This document shows, in pieces, positions 1-13,300 of a DNA stretch of 64,000 bases. A program made the translations under genes and the position numbers. The stretch covers positions 21,452,001-21,516,000 of the forward strand of contig CM097887.1 in NCBI GenBank assembly GCA_044892525.1. Reading direction: 5' to 3'. Positions within the stretch are counted from its first letter, which is position 1, and each line of letters starts with the position of its first letter. The notes beneath the pieces are model-generated. The model was not told where the DNA came from and ran no database searches. It was given only the letters and a program-made list of their open reading frames with translations. This stretch comes from Schmidtea polychroa. Lineage: Eukaryota.

Positions 1-1110
1 ATAAATATCATGTTTAAATATATGATAATCGTCGAAATTCTCCGTAAACCCAACTGATTGAATAGAGCTTTTTATGTTTTGGATAGACATAGAGCTTCAA
101 GCATTACTAATTCAAAGATTTACAAGCCCTTGGCTGGGAGCCCTGGGATTTCCACATCTTGTGTATTCTATTGCCTAGGAGTTTTCCAAATATTAATGAA
201 ACTGGAAATTCTGTCTTTAAATTCTTTAAAAATTCCAATACCTCCCGCATGTAAATAGGAGGTTAATCCTCCAGGTATTACCACAAGTTTTATATTTCTT
301 TTTCTGCAGTGCTCTTTTACACGTTCTGATATATGAGCACGGCAAGAATCCCATACAATACATTTTCCTTGACTAGCATCAAACATTAGTAACATTAAAT
401 TTATCCATGCGATTATTAAATCTTGATTTACCCATGCTTTTTCTTGTGTAACTCTATAAATATTGTTGAGTGAATTAATATTTGCAAAAGAATTTTTTCC
501 TTTGTGAATAGCAAGAGGTACAGCTTTATTTTCTTTAGCCCAAACTGACACAATTACTGTTATTCGCATGGAAGAAAACCTTGTTTATTTAATTATTACG
601 TGTCTCCGTCCTTTTAAATCAACTGTATGGGTCCTATTATCTTCGAAATTAATAGCTGTTTCATCCATTAACAATGTTTTCGACAAGTCAACATTAGGGA
701 TCGTAACTCTTAAAAACCCATATAATTAATGGCATGGGAAATTAACGTATCATCTGATAAATTCATAAAGTTGGTTGATCTTCTAAGCGACAATCCATTT
801 CATTTCATGAAACCGTCAATCCAGCGGCCTGAAGCTTTGATGTCAATATTATTTTGTCTCCTAATGTAATAGCTCGATCGGATATGAAAATTCGAGTAAG
901 GCTTTCTTCAACCTCCAGACACTCTTTTCATTGATGCAGATTGTGCTCTAATCGTTTCTTTATTCTTATACCACTGCTGAAACATAGATTGACTATACGA
1001 GCAACTATCTCTGTAGCCGAAAAAGTGAAACATGAATTTCCAAGCTCCATATATGAAATCATTTCTTTCTTAAAAGCAATTGTAAATGTTCTTTTTTTCA
1101 TTGGGGTGAT
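1..1110 (-). mobile_element. Degenerate pogo/Tigger (DDE_1) transposase
   Basis: Fragments GLSLRRST, LMDETAINFED, RITVIVS, AWVNQD, VWDSCRAH and VIPGGLTSYL, interrupted by stops and frameshifts. Confidence 0.8.
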
Positions 1111-1222
1111 TTATAAGAAAAAATTATTATAAAAATTGTATTATTGATATAAAAGATCATGCGCATATTGAAAATAGAAAAATTATAATTAAAAACTTTT
1201 CAACAATTGTATTTGATAAATA

Positions 1223-1336
1223 TTAAATTAATGTGGTAACTTGATAAATATCGCCTCGCTCTTGTTTCCGTATTGGAATCATTGACCGAACTTCATCAAC
1301 AACATTCAAGTCCACAGAAAATTCTAACATTCCATC
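1223..1336 (-). CDS. NIT2: Nitrilase terminal exon 4 (missed by the ORF track)
   Basis: Branch-like gctaat, then tttag|DGMLEFSVDLNVVDEVRSMIPIRKQERGDIYQVTTLI*; resembles the NIT2 C-terminal pattern (DL..EVR..IP...Q.R.D.Y); phase 0 acceptor. Confidence 0.85.
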   Translation of the reverse strand, partial: DGMLEFSVDLNVVDEVRSMIPIRKQERGDIYQVTTLI

Positions 1337-4300
1337 CTAAATATAAATTAGCATCATCTTAATGTCAATTAGAACTTAATTTACCTATTTATTAAGTATT
1401 ATTTTTTGAGTGAGAAAATACATAAATTAAATTTTCTGATTTAATAATTTTCCAAGGATTGTTGAGTTGATTTAAAAATCATGAGACTTGTTGACCCCCA
1501 CTCAAATTATCCTTAACCCTAATCGNNNNNNNNNNNNNNNNNNNNNNNNNNNNNNNNNNNNNNNNNNNNNNNNNNNNNNNNNNNNNNNNNNNNNNNNNNN
1601 NNNNNNNNNNNNNNNNNNNNNNNNNNNNNNNNNNNNNNNNNNNNNNNNNNNNNNNNNNNNNNNNNNNNNNNNNNNNNNNNNNNNNNNNNNNNNNNNNNNN
1701 NNNAAAATCACATATAGCGTCGATTTCGTCCTTCGCAGAGAGTTCAATCTTTACTTGTAAGATTTTGGTGTCAGCTGGGAACCGTAGGAACGCTAAATAA
1801 AGTGAAAGATACTATTTTTACCGAAAATCGTCATTTTGAATACATCGTGTTATATTAGATGAGTCGATCAGAAATTAAGAAAATTCATAATTTTACTAAA
1901 AAAACTGGAATGTGGCATACCCGCATTTTTATATTAGAAACCAAATAATAAATGGTCCAAATTCCGGTAATAACTTTTAGCGTTAAACTATCCAAATAGA
2001 CCATTAAGGAGAACAGATAACTACATAAATGCTAACAATGGAGTTGTGTAATTTTTACGAATGATTATTCAATTCAGTAGAATTATATATTAATATTTTC
2101 TGTAGCAAATTAAAAAGAAATTGAAAATATAAATATGAATTTTTTAGATCGTCGCGGAAAGATAAAAGGAAGATGTTTTGTTAGAAAAAGAAAATAGTAT
2201 TACCAACATATACTTAAAATAAATTGACTGATTAAGATTCTTTTATTATTTCCCATATACATACCAAATTATTATCAGTAACTCCAAAAACAAAAAGCTC
2301 AACTGAACACATATCGACTGTATTAATCACTGGAATTTTGCTATCAATTTCGTCATTATCACATTCTGGTCATTGAAGCTTTTTAAAACGACTTTTGGAA
2401 TTAAAATTAATAACAAGTGACAAGTATAAAAAATTTTGATTTTGACAAGACTCTTTATTTCAATCATGATATTCAAAAACTCGATTACATGGAAGCATTT
2501 CCATTAGCAACAAGTTAAACAGCAATAAACAGCAATCAAACCATCTAGATATTTGTAATTCACTTTTATATTTCAAAGTTTTGGTGGGTTACTGGTACTG
2601 AAAAATCTTTACCTCCTCATGCTGTTTCCAGCGTAACCCAGGATACAATTTATAGCTGACCACTTGATACCCGTTGAGTAATCAACGTTGGTACTGTATC
2701 AAGGGTTGGGTACTAGCAAGAAGTGAGCATGCTTAGCATACTATAATTGTCTAGTACCCACTGGGGCTCACGGACTGCCGATAGAAGGCCTATGTCCGGT
2801 TTCTTTAGTCCCTATTCCGAAAATCAACATTATGACAAATTCGAAATGCCCAGATATGAATACACCCGTAATATTTATTCACAACACAAAATCAAAACTC
2901 ATAGGGTTATAGTCGGTTCTTTCGGTGCAGACTCTGACGAAGTAGCATTGAGCGTCACTTGGGCCTGACAGGCTTGGCGGATTCTCGCCCGCGCCGCTTT
3001 ACCCGGCCGGATCTTCTTCTTCGAGATCTTCGACGCTGCGCATTCCTTTCGTTGGTGGAGCAGCTCACTCATAGGGCGGATCCTGGAGATGGCCTCTCGA
3101 TCAAGGTTTTGTTGGTACGACTGGATCTCCAGCTCTCTCACTCTCAGGCGGAGGGCATGCAACTCAACATGATCTTGGGCGCTCTGGAGTTGCAATTGGG
3201 TGATGAGTTTCATCCGCTTCTTCATCTCTGTGGGCGGGAACCAGGTGCTCTCGAAATTTCGGCAATGGGCCTTAAGTCGCATTAACTTGGCCCGGCATTC
3301 TTCTACTTGTTGTTGCGCCCGCTCTCTATCTGCCCGCATTTCTTCCAGGAGTTTTAACACTGAAACAGACAACATTAGGAATCTTTACCTCAGCATTGAG
3401 TGACGCAAGTTAGTATGGTTAAATGAATTTCGCCCCTTCGTCACTACTCCCTTCTGCGCACATCTAGGCCTATTCTTTGGATTTCACCAAAGCTTATAGG
3501 GTGGTCGTAATGGCCAACGCTACGGAAAATTATAGTTGGTGGTAACAATGGCCCCCGTTACAGGAAAATCATTGAAATCAAAACGATGCACACAATGGAA
3601 TTAGTATTGATAATTAACACATACATAAATAATTGAACTAAGAAAATTATCATCAATAATAACACTGGTTAATGAAGATGATCAAAACGAAACAATATCA
3701 ATAATGAAATTAGTAGAGATGACCAGAACAAAACAGAGCAGTTAGATGGGCACGCACTGCCAAGAAGCACAAGGTACTATAAAAACATTCATCATATTAC
3801 AGGATTTGCACTGTGTATTAACAACAAAATCATTTCGGTTATATAATGTTTAATTATAAGTCTCCATCTTTGTCCGCCCGAATCTCCTTGGTGGAACTGG
3901 TGCCTTTTCGTGGTCGTCCTCGCCTTCTTTGCCGATTCGGTCCACGGCGAGGGCTTCTTGGATATTCCAGCCCACGTTGGAGAGCCGCAGTTCGTCTTGG
4001 GTGACATTGGGCTCGTGCGTACCCGTCACAGTCTTCCAACTCGCCGGCCAGGGTTGCTTCCTCGAGTCGGTGTAATCGGTCCACCGCCGCCTTTACCTCA
4101 TCAAAGGCGTCGATCAGGGCTAATGACGTGCCATTGATGTAAGGCTCTATCCTCGGTTTCACGGGGACCACATTCTGGTAGGTCCAATCGTGGATTTTAT
4201 ACCAGATCCACCTGGACCTCAGGCGAGTGAGTGCTTCCTCCTGGTCCAGTCTGGCGACTTCGTCTGCCTCCGCGTGGTTTAGGCTGAGTCTGGATGTAGA

Positions 4301-7300
4301 TGTCAAGGGATTCGCGTGACTGTCTTCTGGTCTAATATTAGGCATGCCTGTGAGATTAAGAGAACATATTAGTAGAATTCTATTCGCTCGTCTACGCCCG
4401 GTTACCCCAAGACGTTTGATACACTATTACATTTAAGTTCAAGCGTGACCCGTATTGCAATGATCTTTTAGGTGAAAAATGAACTTAATTAATTTCCCCT
4501 TCTGATTTCGATGTAATTTAAGTGGGCTAGAGAATTATGAAATTCAAGGTTTGTAAGTATCAGTTACAAAATTGCAGTTCGTATGTTTAAAGTGAAAATC
4601 CATAAGCTGTTTTTGACGAACTAATGGTTGATACAGTAAAAATGAGCGTTTAAAATTTTATAAACTAAATTTTCAATAGCGGTTGTTTAAATCATTTAAA
4701 GATTTAATTTAACTGTTTATAGCAATTTATGTTAATTTAAATATTAATTTTCCTTTAATAATTTTTAGAATTCCCTGTTAATAATTTTTGCAAAAATTTA
4801 TTCTACTAGGACCAACTATGGGAAGTGGATGTCGCACATTGTCTGAATTTACATTCAGCTCTTGCGAATCCCTGACCATAGTGGTTGTAAGTAGTTCCCT
4901 CATCAACTGATACTTAACGGGTAAATTAGCTTTTTAAATTTTTGAAGTTTGTATAATTTCAGGAATAAGTCTCCAAACTCTTCACTTTGAAGGTGACAAC
5001 TTAGATCATGGATTCGAGATGCCACTGTTTGATGGAAGTTCAAAATATGCCAGCGCTCTAACTTTGTGAGGATTTAGCTGGATAATATCATTTAGTTAGA
5101 TTTTTGATCTATGCCTTGGAGTTCTAAGTCCACCAATTTCACCCGAAGACGTCCAGCGATTTATCATTTGCTTTCGAGGATTTACCCTGATGGGAGTATT
5201 CAGTTATATAATTCTCGCAAAGCGAGCATTCAAAGGGACTTGTATGCATTGATTTATTTATGCCGTTTTCTGTTTTTTGAAGAGTATTTTGGTCAATAAA
5301 TCTAGCTCGATTTTTGAATCTTTGATTTCTTTACACAATCCTACTCGGATATTCAGTTTTTTTAGAGTAGCTTCGGCATGATTTTGTTTTTGCTGGGGTA
5401 GGTAAATGAACTAGAGTGTTCCTTCGTGCGATGATCCGAGGGACAATTCCATGAGGTTATTATTAATATAGGTATACACACGTACACTCACAAATGCACA
5501 TACGTAGTTATAACTACGTCAATTTACAAATTTAAGTTACTGATCCTGACGTCATTTACTGGGGGGTGTTACTAAAAATAGATCTCAGTAATTTTCCGGG
5601 ATTTTTATTGGAGGTACATAAATTTACAAATTTAAGTTACTGATCCTGACGTCATTTACTGGGGGGTGTTACAAAAAATATATCTCAGTAATTTTCAGGG
5701 ATTTTTATTGGAGGGTAGGGTCATTGTAACTAATAGGGGGATCCCAAAAATCAATAAAATTTTGGTTAAAGTTTTATTTAAGAAAATAATCCTTCCGATA
5801 ACGTAAACATAATGGTAATAATGACCAAGGTGAAAATTAATGTCGACAATACTAACAGTAGAAATAAATGATAACAATAATAATTTNNNNNNNNNNNNNN
5901 NNNNNNNNNNNNNNNNNNNNNNNNNNNNNNNNNNNNNNNNNNNNNNNNNNNNNNNNNNNNNNNNNNNNNNNNNNNNNNNNNNNNNNNNNNNNNNNNNNNN
6001 NNNNNNNNNNNNNNNNNNNNNNNNNNNNNNNNATAACGGTAAGGTAAATCATGATAATAAGTGTAAGTTTTATGCAGTGGGTAATAAATGTATAATTCGG
6101 AAGGGGGGTATTTATGAATATTTATAACTTATTAGTTTAACATTTTACAGACCAAGTATATGCTAGAATGAGTTAATTTAAGGCATTTATATAACAGGTA
6201 ATGAAGGTATGATTCAGGGGGGGGGGTGGTTATGAATATTTATAAGTTATTAGTTTACCATTTTACAGACTAAATATATATTAAATAAGTTAATTTAAGA
6301 TATTTATACAATAGATAATGAAGGTATGATTCAGGGGGGGTTGTTTATGAATATTTATAAATTAGTAGTTCAATATTCTATAAACTAAATACATAAAAAA
6401 TAAGTGAATCTAGGGTAATTAGGTAAATACATAACCTAGGGGCTAATTACGTAGATTTATCATTTTAACATTTTGTAAGTTAAATATATATCAAAATAAA
6501 TTAGGATATTTAAGTACTGGACGATAAGTATATAATTCAGAGGATCATCTTATGAAAATTTATAAACTATCATTTTTACATTTTATAAGTTAAACATATA
6601 TATCAAAATAAGTTAGGATATTTATGCATGAAAATTTACAACCTATCATTTTAATATTTTATAAGATAAATATATACATCAGAATAAGTTAGGATATTTA
6701 TGAATGAAAATTTACAAACTATCATTTTAATATTTTATAAGATAAATATATACATCAGAATAAGTTAGGATATTTATGAATGAAAATTTACAAACTATCA
6801 TTTTAATATTTTATAAGATAAATATATACATCAGAATAAGTTAGGATATTTATGAATGAAAATTTACAAACTATCATTTTAATATTTTATAAGATAAATA
6901 TATACATCAGAATAAGTTAGGATATTTATGAATGAAAATTTACGAACTATCATTTTAATATTTTATAAGATAACTATATACATCAGAATAAGTTAGGATA
7001 TTTATGAATTGGACAATAAATATATAATTCAAAGAACCATTTATGAAACTAGGTAAGTTGTACATATTCCAGTTGGGTTATAACCATGAACTGGTGATTC
7101 GACGACTTTACGGCATTGGTCAGAAAGATTGCCTTTTCTTTAAATTCAATATGCTGATATATGCAATTTCATACTGATGGTAATGACACACTCTCTATGA
7201 AGATAACGAGAAAAGGGTGGTGAGGATAATGATAATAATCTTGGAGGTGATATTACTATTAAGGCCAAATAGAATTTTTAAAGATTTCAATACCCATAAG

Positions 7301-10300
7301 GTAAGGATAAAGACTTGTAATTAATACATCATTGAACGTGATTAGATTATCTTTAAAATCGAACATAATTATGAATAATATCAATAAAATCTAATAACAA
7401 TAGTTAATATTGAGCATATTGAATAATAGTTTGTGCAATTAACCGACTACTTGATAACTTTTGTGATAATTTGAGTCTGGGATCTTTCCCGTTTAGATGT
7501 TCCTAATGATGTATTTCCTATAGAATATTTGAGTGTGTATTTTAGATATGTCGTTTACCGGAAGGTCGAATTAATTAAAATTTTCCTATTTTCCCGATTC
7601 AACTGAATACGGTACGATAGGCCTTATTGTAATATGTTTCCCACGATTACTTGCCCGCATTTTATTTCGTCCGCATAGTCCCTGCGACTATGCCAACTAC
7701 CTGGATGGATTTACCGCCCTACTCCTGGTTAGAAACCATTGGTTCGTGGCGACCTTCCGGTTAAAAAAAAAAGAATTTTAGTGCATGTGGGGTCGTAGAC
7801 CCGTATCGTGCAGATAAATAATTATTGGAAACAAGGCTGATCAGCGTCGTGGATGCAAACCGCTCACGACGACGCTGGTAACTCTTGTTGTAAATAATCG
7901 GATCATAATAAAAGGTGACAAGAATTAAAATCATTATAATATATCATAAAAATGAATAATAGTTATACAATAAATATACCATCCTTACTTTCAATATAGT
8001 TCGAAAATTCGGCAAAATTTTTGGCATACAAAAATATCACCTATTTTGTACACGTGTATGTATTGATGCATTAAAACAAACTCGAATTCTTTTTATTCCA
8101 GAAGTTTCTATTTTGTAATTTTGATATTTTTAATGGCGATTTTTGCGTCATAATTTTTATTTTTATTTTTAAAATTTTATTTCCTAAATATTTTTTGCTA
8201 ATTTTTCCTCCATGATGGATTTGGAACGGTTCCAGAACATTCCATATTACTTTTATTTCAATTTTTATTTTTAACTGATATTTTACGAATTTCTTTTTAA
8301 GATTTTTTATTTTTACTACTAATTTATTTATTTTTTCTAACTTTTATTGTTCTAAATGGCTTTTGTGATGGTCGTCGCCATTTTATGGAATGTTCTGGGT
8401 TTTTCTGGAATCTTTTTACTGTTTTTATCGTCTTTTAAGTTATTCGAGTTTGCTTTATGTAATTCTATGTTTATTTGGATATTTTGAGTTAGATTTTGCA
8501 TACCTTCTTGCTTTTGTATAATTTTATTTAATTTCTGTGTTTACATTTTTTTTGTTGTTTCTCTTCTAATTATTGTTTATTTGGTGTAGCTTTTCAATAT
8601 TTAACTATACTTTTTGCTTTTTTGCATGTTGTGTACCTACGCATTTCAGTCACAATTAGAAGTTTGGGTCTAGAAATCAGTTCTAGCCCAACAGTTTCAA
8701 TAACTGGAAATAAAGCAGCTGACAAATTTATATTTGAACATAATTGGGTTTTTAATTTATTTGCTGATATAAAAATAGGACCATCAGAATTAGAAAGAAT
8801 AGATCGTTCTGGTCAGGGCCGTCGAGAGCCAGGCCGGGCCTCCGATGCAATTTGTCTCTTTGCAATTACCGACTGATATATTTTTTAAAAAACATTAGTT
8901 TTAGTTATTCTATTTATTACTTATGAAAATCCATGATACATATAAACTTAAATTATCACAAACTTATATTTTTAAAATTATTTAATTATATTGTTGGGCT
9001 GAGTCGAAAATTTAAACGTCGAACGTCGAAAATGTAAACTTAGGAAATTTAAACTTAGAAGGTAAGACAAATAAGATACTAAAGAAAATAAAAACCAAAT
9101 AAATAACTTAAGAATAAAACGGAACAAGAAATAAGAAAAATAAGAATTAAAACAAAATAATAAAATAAGAAAATAGAAATAGGAAAATAGATCAACCAAC
9201 AAAAGGAAGGAAATTTAATAAATAATGAGGCAGTTAAGGAAATAAATAGAAAAACATAATAAAAACAAAGAAAATAAGGGAAAATAATCATAAAACAGAA
9301 AAAAATTAATTAAATAATTAAAATAAGCGGTACTCAAATCTGATTGGTCCGCATACACGCAAAAATACTATATATACAGACACAAGACCCATTACATTCA
9401 CTGTTAATTTCAAAATTACTACAGGTAAGATTAAGCGAAAAATTATGCACTGTTAATTTCAAAATTACTACAGGTAAGATTAAGCGAAAAATTATGCACT
9501 GTTAATTTCAAAATTACTACAGATATAGAGACAATCAGGACTCAAGAATCAACGAAACCTACTCAACGCATTCAACAGGAAATCATAATTCAAGGGAACA
9601 ACAGTATCGTACTCTACTAAATCAACGTTGCAGAGAGATAGCGTATAATTTTCGACTCGGCTCACAAAATTCGATTTATTAACTGCAGTAAGACGATTTT
9701 CTTCTTTAGATTTTTAAGTATTATGAGTAATTATTTAATGATTAAATTCTCAACTTAAGAAGTTTTTATTCCTTCATTTGATTTCCCAGTAATGAATTTA
9801 TTTATTTATTTCGGTTTAATTAGATATTGTGATGTAATACTCATTCATAAATAAACGATTTATTGTAGTAATTTATGCTTTATGTTTATGACTATTTTAT
9901 GAATATAAAATTTATTGAGAAACGTGGCGTTGAGATGGATGGCGTTCATGACAAGAGGTGCCTTCGGGAGCTCTATCGTTGGACGTACATCGTTTCAATC
10001 ACGCAGGGAGAATGGACCGTCAGGTGAAGGTTTCTTCACGGGTTCAATCGCTGAGGGCGACCAAAAATCTGATTTGAGTAACAGGGATTTGATCGCAAGA
10101 GTAATTTCAGACTTATAGTAGAATAGCTATGCGATACACAGTGAATGAGGTGGACACTTTATCTGTTTGTGTAAGGTTAACAGACGTTGAGTAGCTCTGG
10201 AAAAAGATTGTGAGCGTTAAAAATCGAAACCTTCAACATAACTACTGACTGTATTCTTGGTTCGAGACCGAATTTGTGCGAGAGTTAACCGCTAGTCACT

Positions 10301-13300
10301 CGGAAAATAACTACTTCGATCGATAGCACTATTATTTTCAATTAGAAATATTATCACGGTAGATATGAAGGAAAATTTCAATAACAAATTAAGACATAAT
10401 ACATTTTAGTTAAAACACGATTGTAAACTTAGCTTTCCGCCACGTGAACAGTTCCATCGTTGATTTGGATTTTTCGTAGTCATCTTTCATTTCATCCTTG
10501 AGGCATACTCGCATCTGGTACATCTACCGTAGGAAGTGTAAGAATTTCCAACAATAGGAAAAGTTAGACGAAAATCCAGTTTCAGATAGTGTTGTGTGAA
10601 CTAACAGGCCGTAGTAGCATCGCGAAATTTTCCAACGTAAATTGTGCAGATAAGCCACATTCAATTCATACTGATAAGACATATGAAGCGGGTTGATGAG
10701 AAATTACCAAATCGGTAGAATGAATCCAATTTTTTTTGTTTTTGCTTTACGTGCATGCATTGATAAGAGGCTCGTTAACAAACTCACGAATAGATAAGAG
10801 CTCATGAAAGAGATAGTTGATGAACCCGAGGAGTTTCAATTCACACGGCATTATATCCGATAAGTAGTGAGCAGAAACGAACAGCAATAAGCATGTGCAT
10901 CCGAAAATGACTCACATGTAGTAGGGCCCAGGTGGGTCATTCACAAGTATTGATTACCGAGATATGACAGTAAAGAGATAAGCCACCTGCTCTACAATTA
11001 TTCCGCTAAACATGAGACCCCTTTTAAAGTGCATTCATTAAGATTAATTTTCCTAAATTACGTAATTTAGATTATAAATGAATGTATCAGTGTGGTGTCC
11101 TGTTGATAATAACAAGAGATATTCGTAACCAAATGATAGAACCTTTTCCTAAATCGATGTAGAGTATTGTTATAGTCCAACCAAGTATAGTAAATGATAA
11201 TCACAACCTTAATCACATCGTTAAATTTGTCAGAGTTTTTCTAGCGTGAAATTTCTCCTTCCCATGAGAAGATTGAATTTAGATTTCTTAAACCCTACTC
11301 AAACTATGGATTATACTAAAAATTTAATAAGTTAATAAACTTTCCTGTATTTACAAATACCATTACAGTATGAAGGACTTCTGATGATCGTGTTAGAGGC
11401 ATATTTAGGTGATGATTGTGAAATGCCGACGGGGAGATAGTGGAAAATTTCGAGATGGACTTGAACTGATAAATGCGACCGGAGCATAGGCTTTTTACTA
11501 AGTGCGTTTCGTTCCAAATCTTAACTCAAGTAGGGAGTAAAATAGAATAATTAATCAACAAAGTTAAATCAATTAAGGGGAATAACGAATTAAACTAAAG
11601 TAAAAGTATAGAGATAGGTTCTAAACAGCCATAAGATAACTTTTTGGGGAATTACCTTGGTGCACGGAAAAGGAGAGATCCAAGGAGTAAAATTAGGTAA
11701 AGGACAGATAAACTTGTGATGATCGACTATACAGGGAGATAATTGATCTCATTAACTCATCTTGTCCTTCCTTTTGCCAGGTACTTCACGGCAAATAGAC
11801 CCTTATAGCTAACTGACGATTATACGTATCATTATCTTAATTTTCTTCGTTACAGCCAACCGACATGTTATCACAGAATAAGTCAGCAATACGACCCTGC
11901 TTCTCCTGCGCAGATAAAAACGCAGTGATAAAAGATCTACAAGCCCAGATCGGTCGATACAAGTGGAAGATCGACGAGCTGGAAGGCACATGGTTCAGCC
12001 CAGTGCAAATGAAGGAGATGCAGAAAAAGCTTCATCGCAGCGAACATTGATGGATTTGATGTGGGAAAAAATTCAAATGGATATTCATTGATGATTTTTC
12101 ATGTAAGATTTGATAGTCGCTCAAAGTTTTACTCGACATTGACAACAACAACGAAACGAACCGAGAGAAATTACAATGAATTGAAGAACTGATCAAATTT
12201 CCAGCATCATTTTCAAAAGTAAGTGTTCGAATTATTATTCCAATTGATAGACATGTTAAAATCAATAAAAAACAAATTCCGTTTTCGTTTTGTTAATCTC
12301 CTATAATTTCAATTTCATCTGAAGATTACAGTAAAATCCAAATCTAAAAGAAATGAAATCTAACATCGAAAAATAAATAACTGTAACACATCTCGTTTTT
12401 GATTGGCTGCTTTTCATGAACGTAGAAAACCAATACATGTACAAACCAATACACGCATTCAAATTCCACTTGGAATGCACACACCAATTTTCGAGTACAC
12501 ACTACTAATCCAATCGGAACAGAACACGCATGCTCACATGCCATGCCATGCCGCCGGCACACACACCAACCGACACCGCAATGTAAAATCATTAACATTC
12601 CGTTCATTCAACCATGCAACAAAAAAACACTTTGAAAGCTGCACCGGCACCACCCATTCCTCCACTCACCCTTATCATCAATACACTGCGGTAGTGCTCA
12701 AATGCGCGTCTGAACACGCCCCTGAGCTAAACCGCGCGTTGCGCATCACTGCGTTTCCTCGTTGAAACCAGTTCAGACGGGCAAAGCTTCTATGCCACCG
12801 CTGATACGAAAAACGTGTTGCCATACTCTGTCCCTTTTCAATCACAACTCCAAACTATCCAACCAAACAACGGCAATCACTTTCATCAATATTCTTGCAG
12901 TTATTTTGTTTTAATGGATGTCCAAATGAAATGACATAAATATATTTGCACTCAATACAGTAAATGAATAACAAATAATAATAAAAAAAAAAGATTGTAA
13001 TTCAAATGTAATATTCATAAAGTTGAATCTCTGAATGCATCCGTATAAATTCAGAAATTGTTTATAGTAAATCATATATCAGGCATAATTTTTAGGAAAA
13101 TAAAATATTTTATTAACAATTTATAAATTTTAATTGAAAAAAAAATTAATTAGGATTTGTGAACTGAAAAAAAAATTTCTAGGAATTTTCTAGTTAATTA
13201 AATTTTCCTTAATTTTCATTTTAATGGTATTTTATTTATTAACCTAAATTTTCCAAATTTTTATTTTTTGTAGTTAATTAGAAATTTTTTTTTCTAATCC

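Noticed and set aside
2583-2640. D4 domain as a type III hammerhead ribozyme (NNGANGA after a hairpin)
   Set aside because: It lacks the CUGA start, the GAAA after stem II and a UH cleavage triplet.
7780-7820. Resemblance to a hatchet ribozyme (tgtgggg...atcgtgcaga)
   Set aside because: The required P2/P3 pairings are not present, a simple hairpin explains it, and my recall of the consensus is uncertain.
8978-9291. Hydrophobic F/L/Y-rich or K-rich ORFs (also 14524-14949, 28385-28724, 34721-35053, 59213-59593)
   Set aside because: Compositional artefacts of the A-rich strand of LTR-like elements.
6590-9522. CRISPR-like arrays (76-bp and 49-bp repeats)
   Set aside because: Tandem units without unique spacers, no cas genes, and a eukaryotic context.
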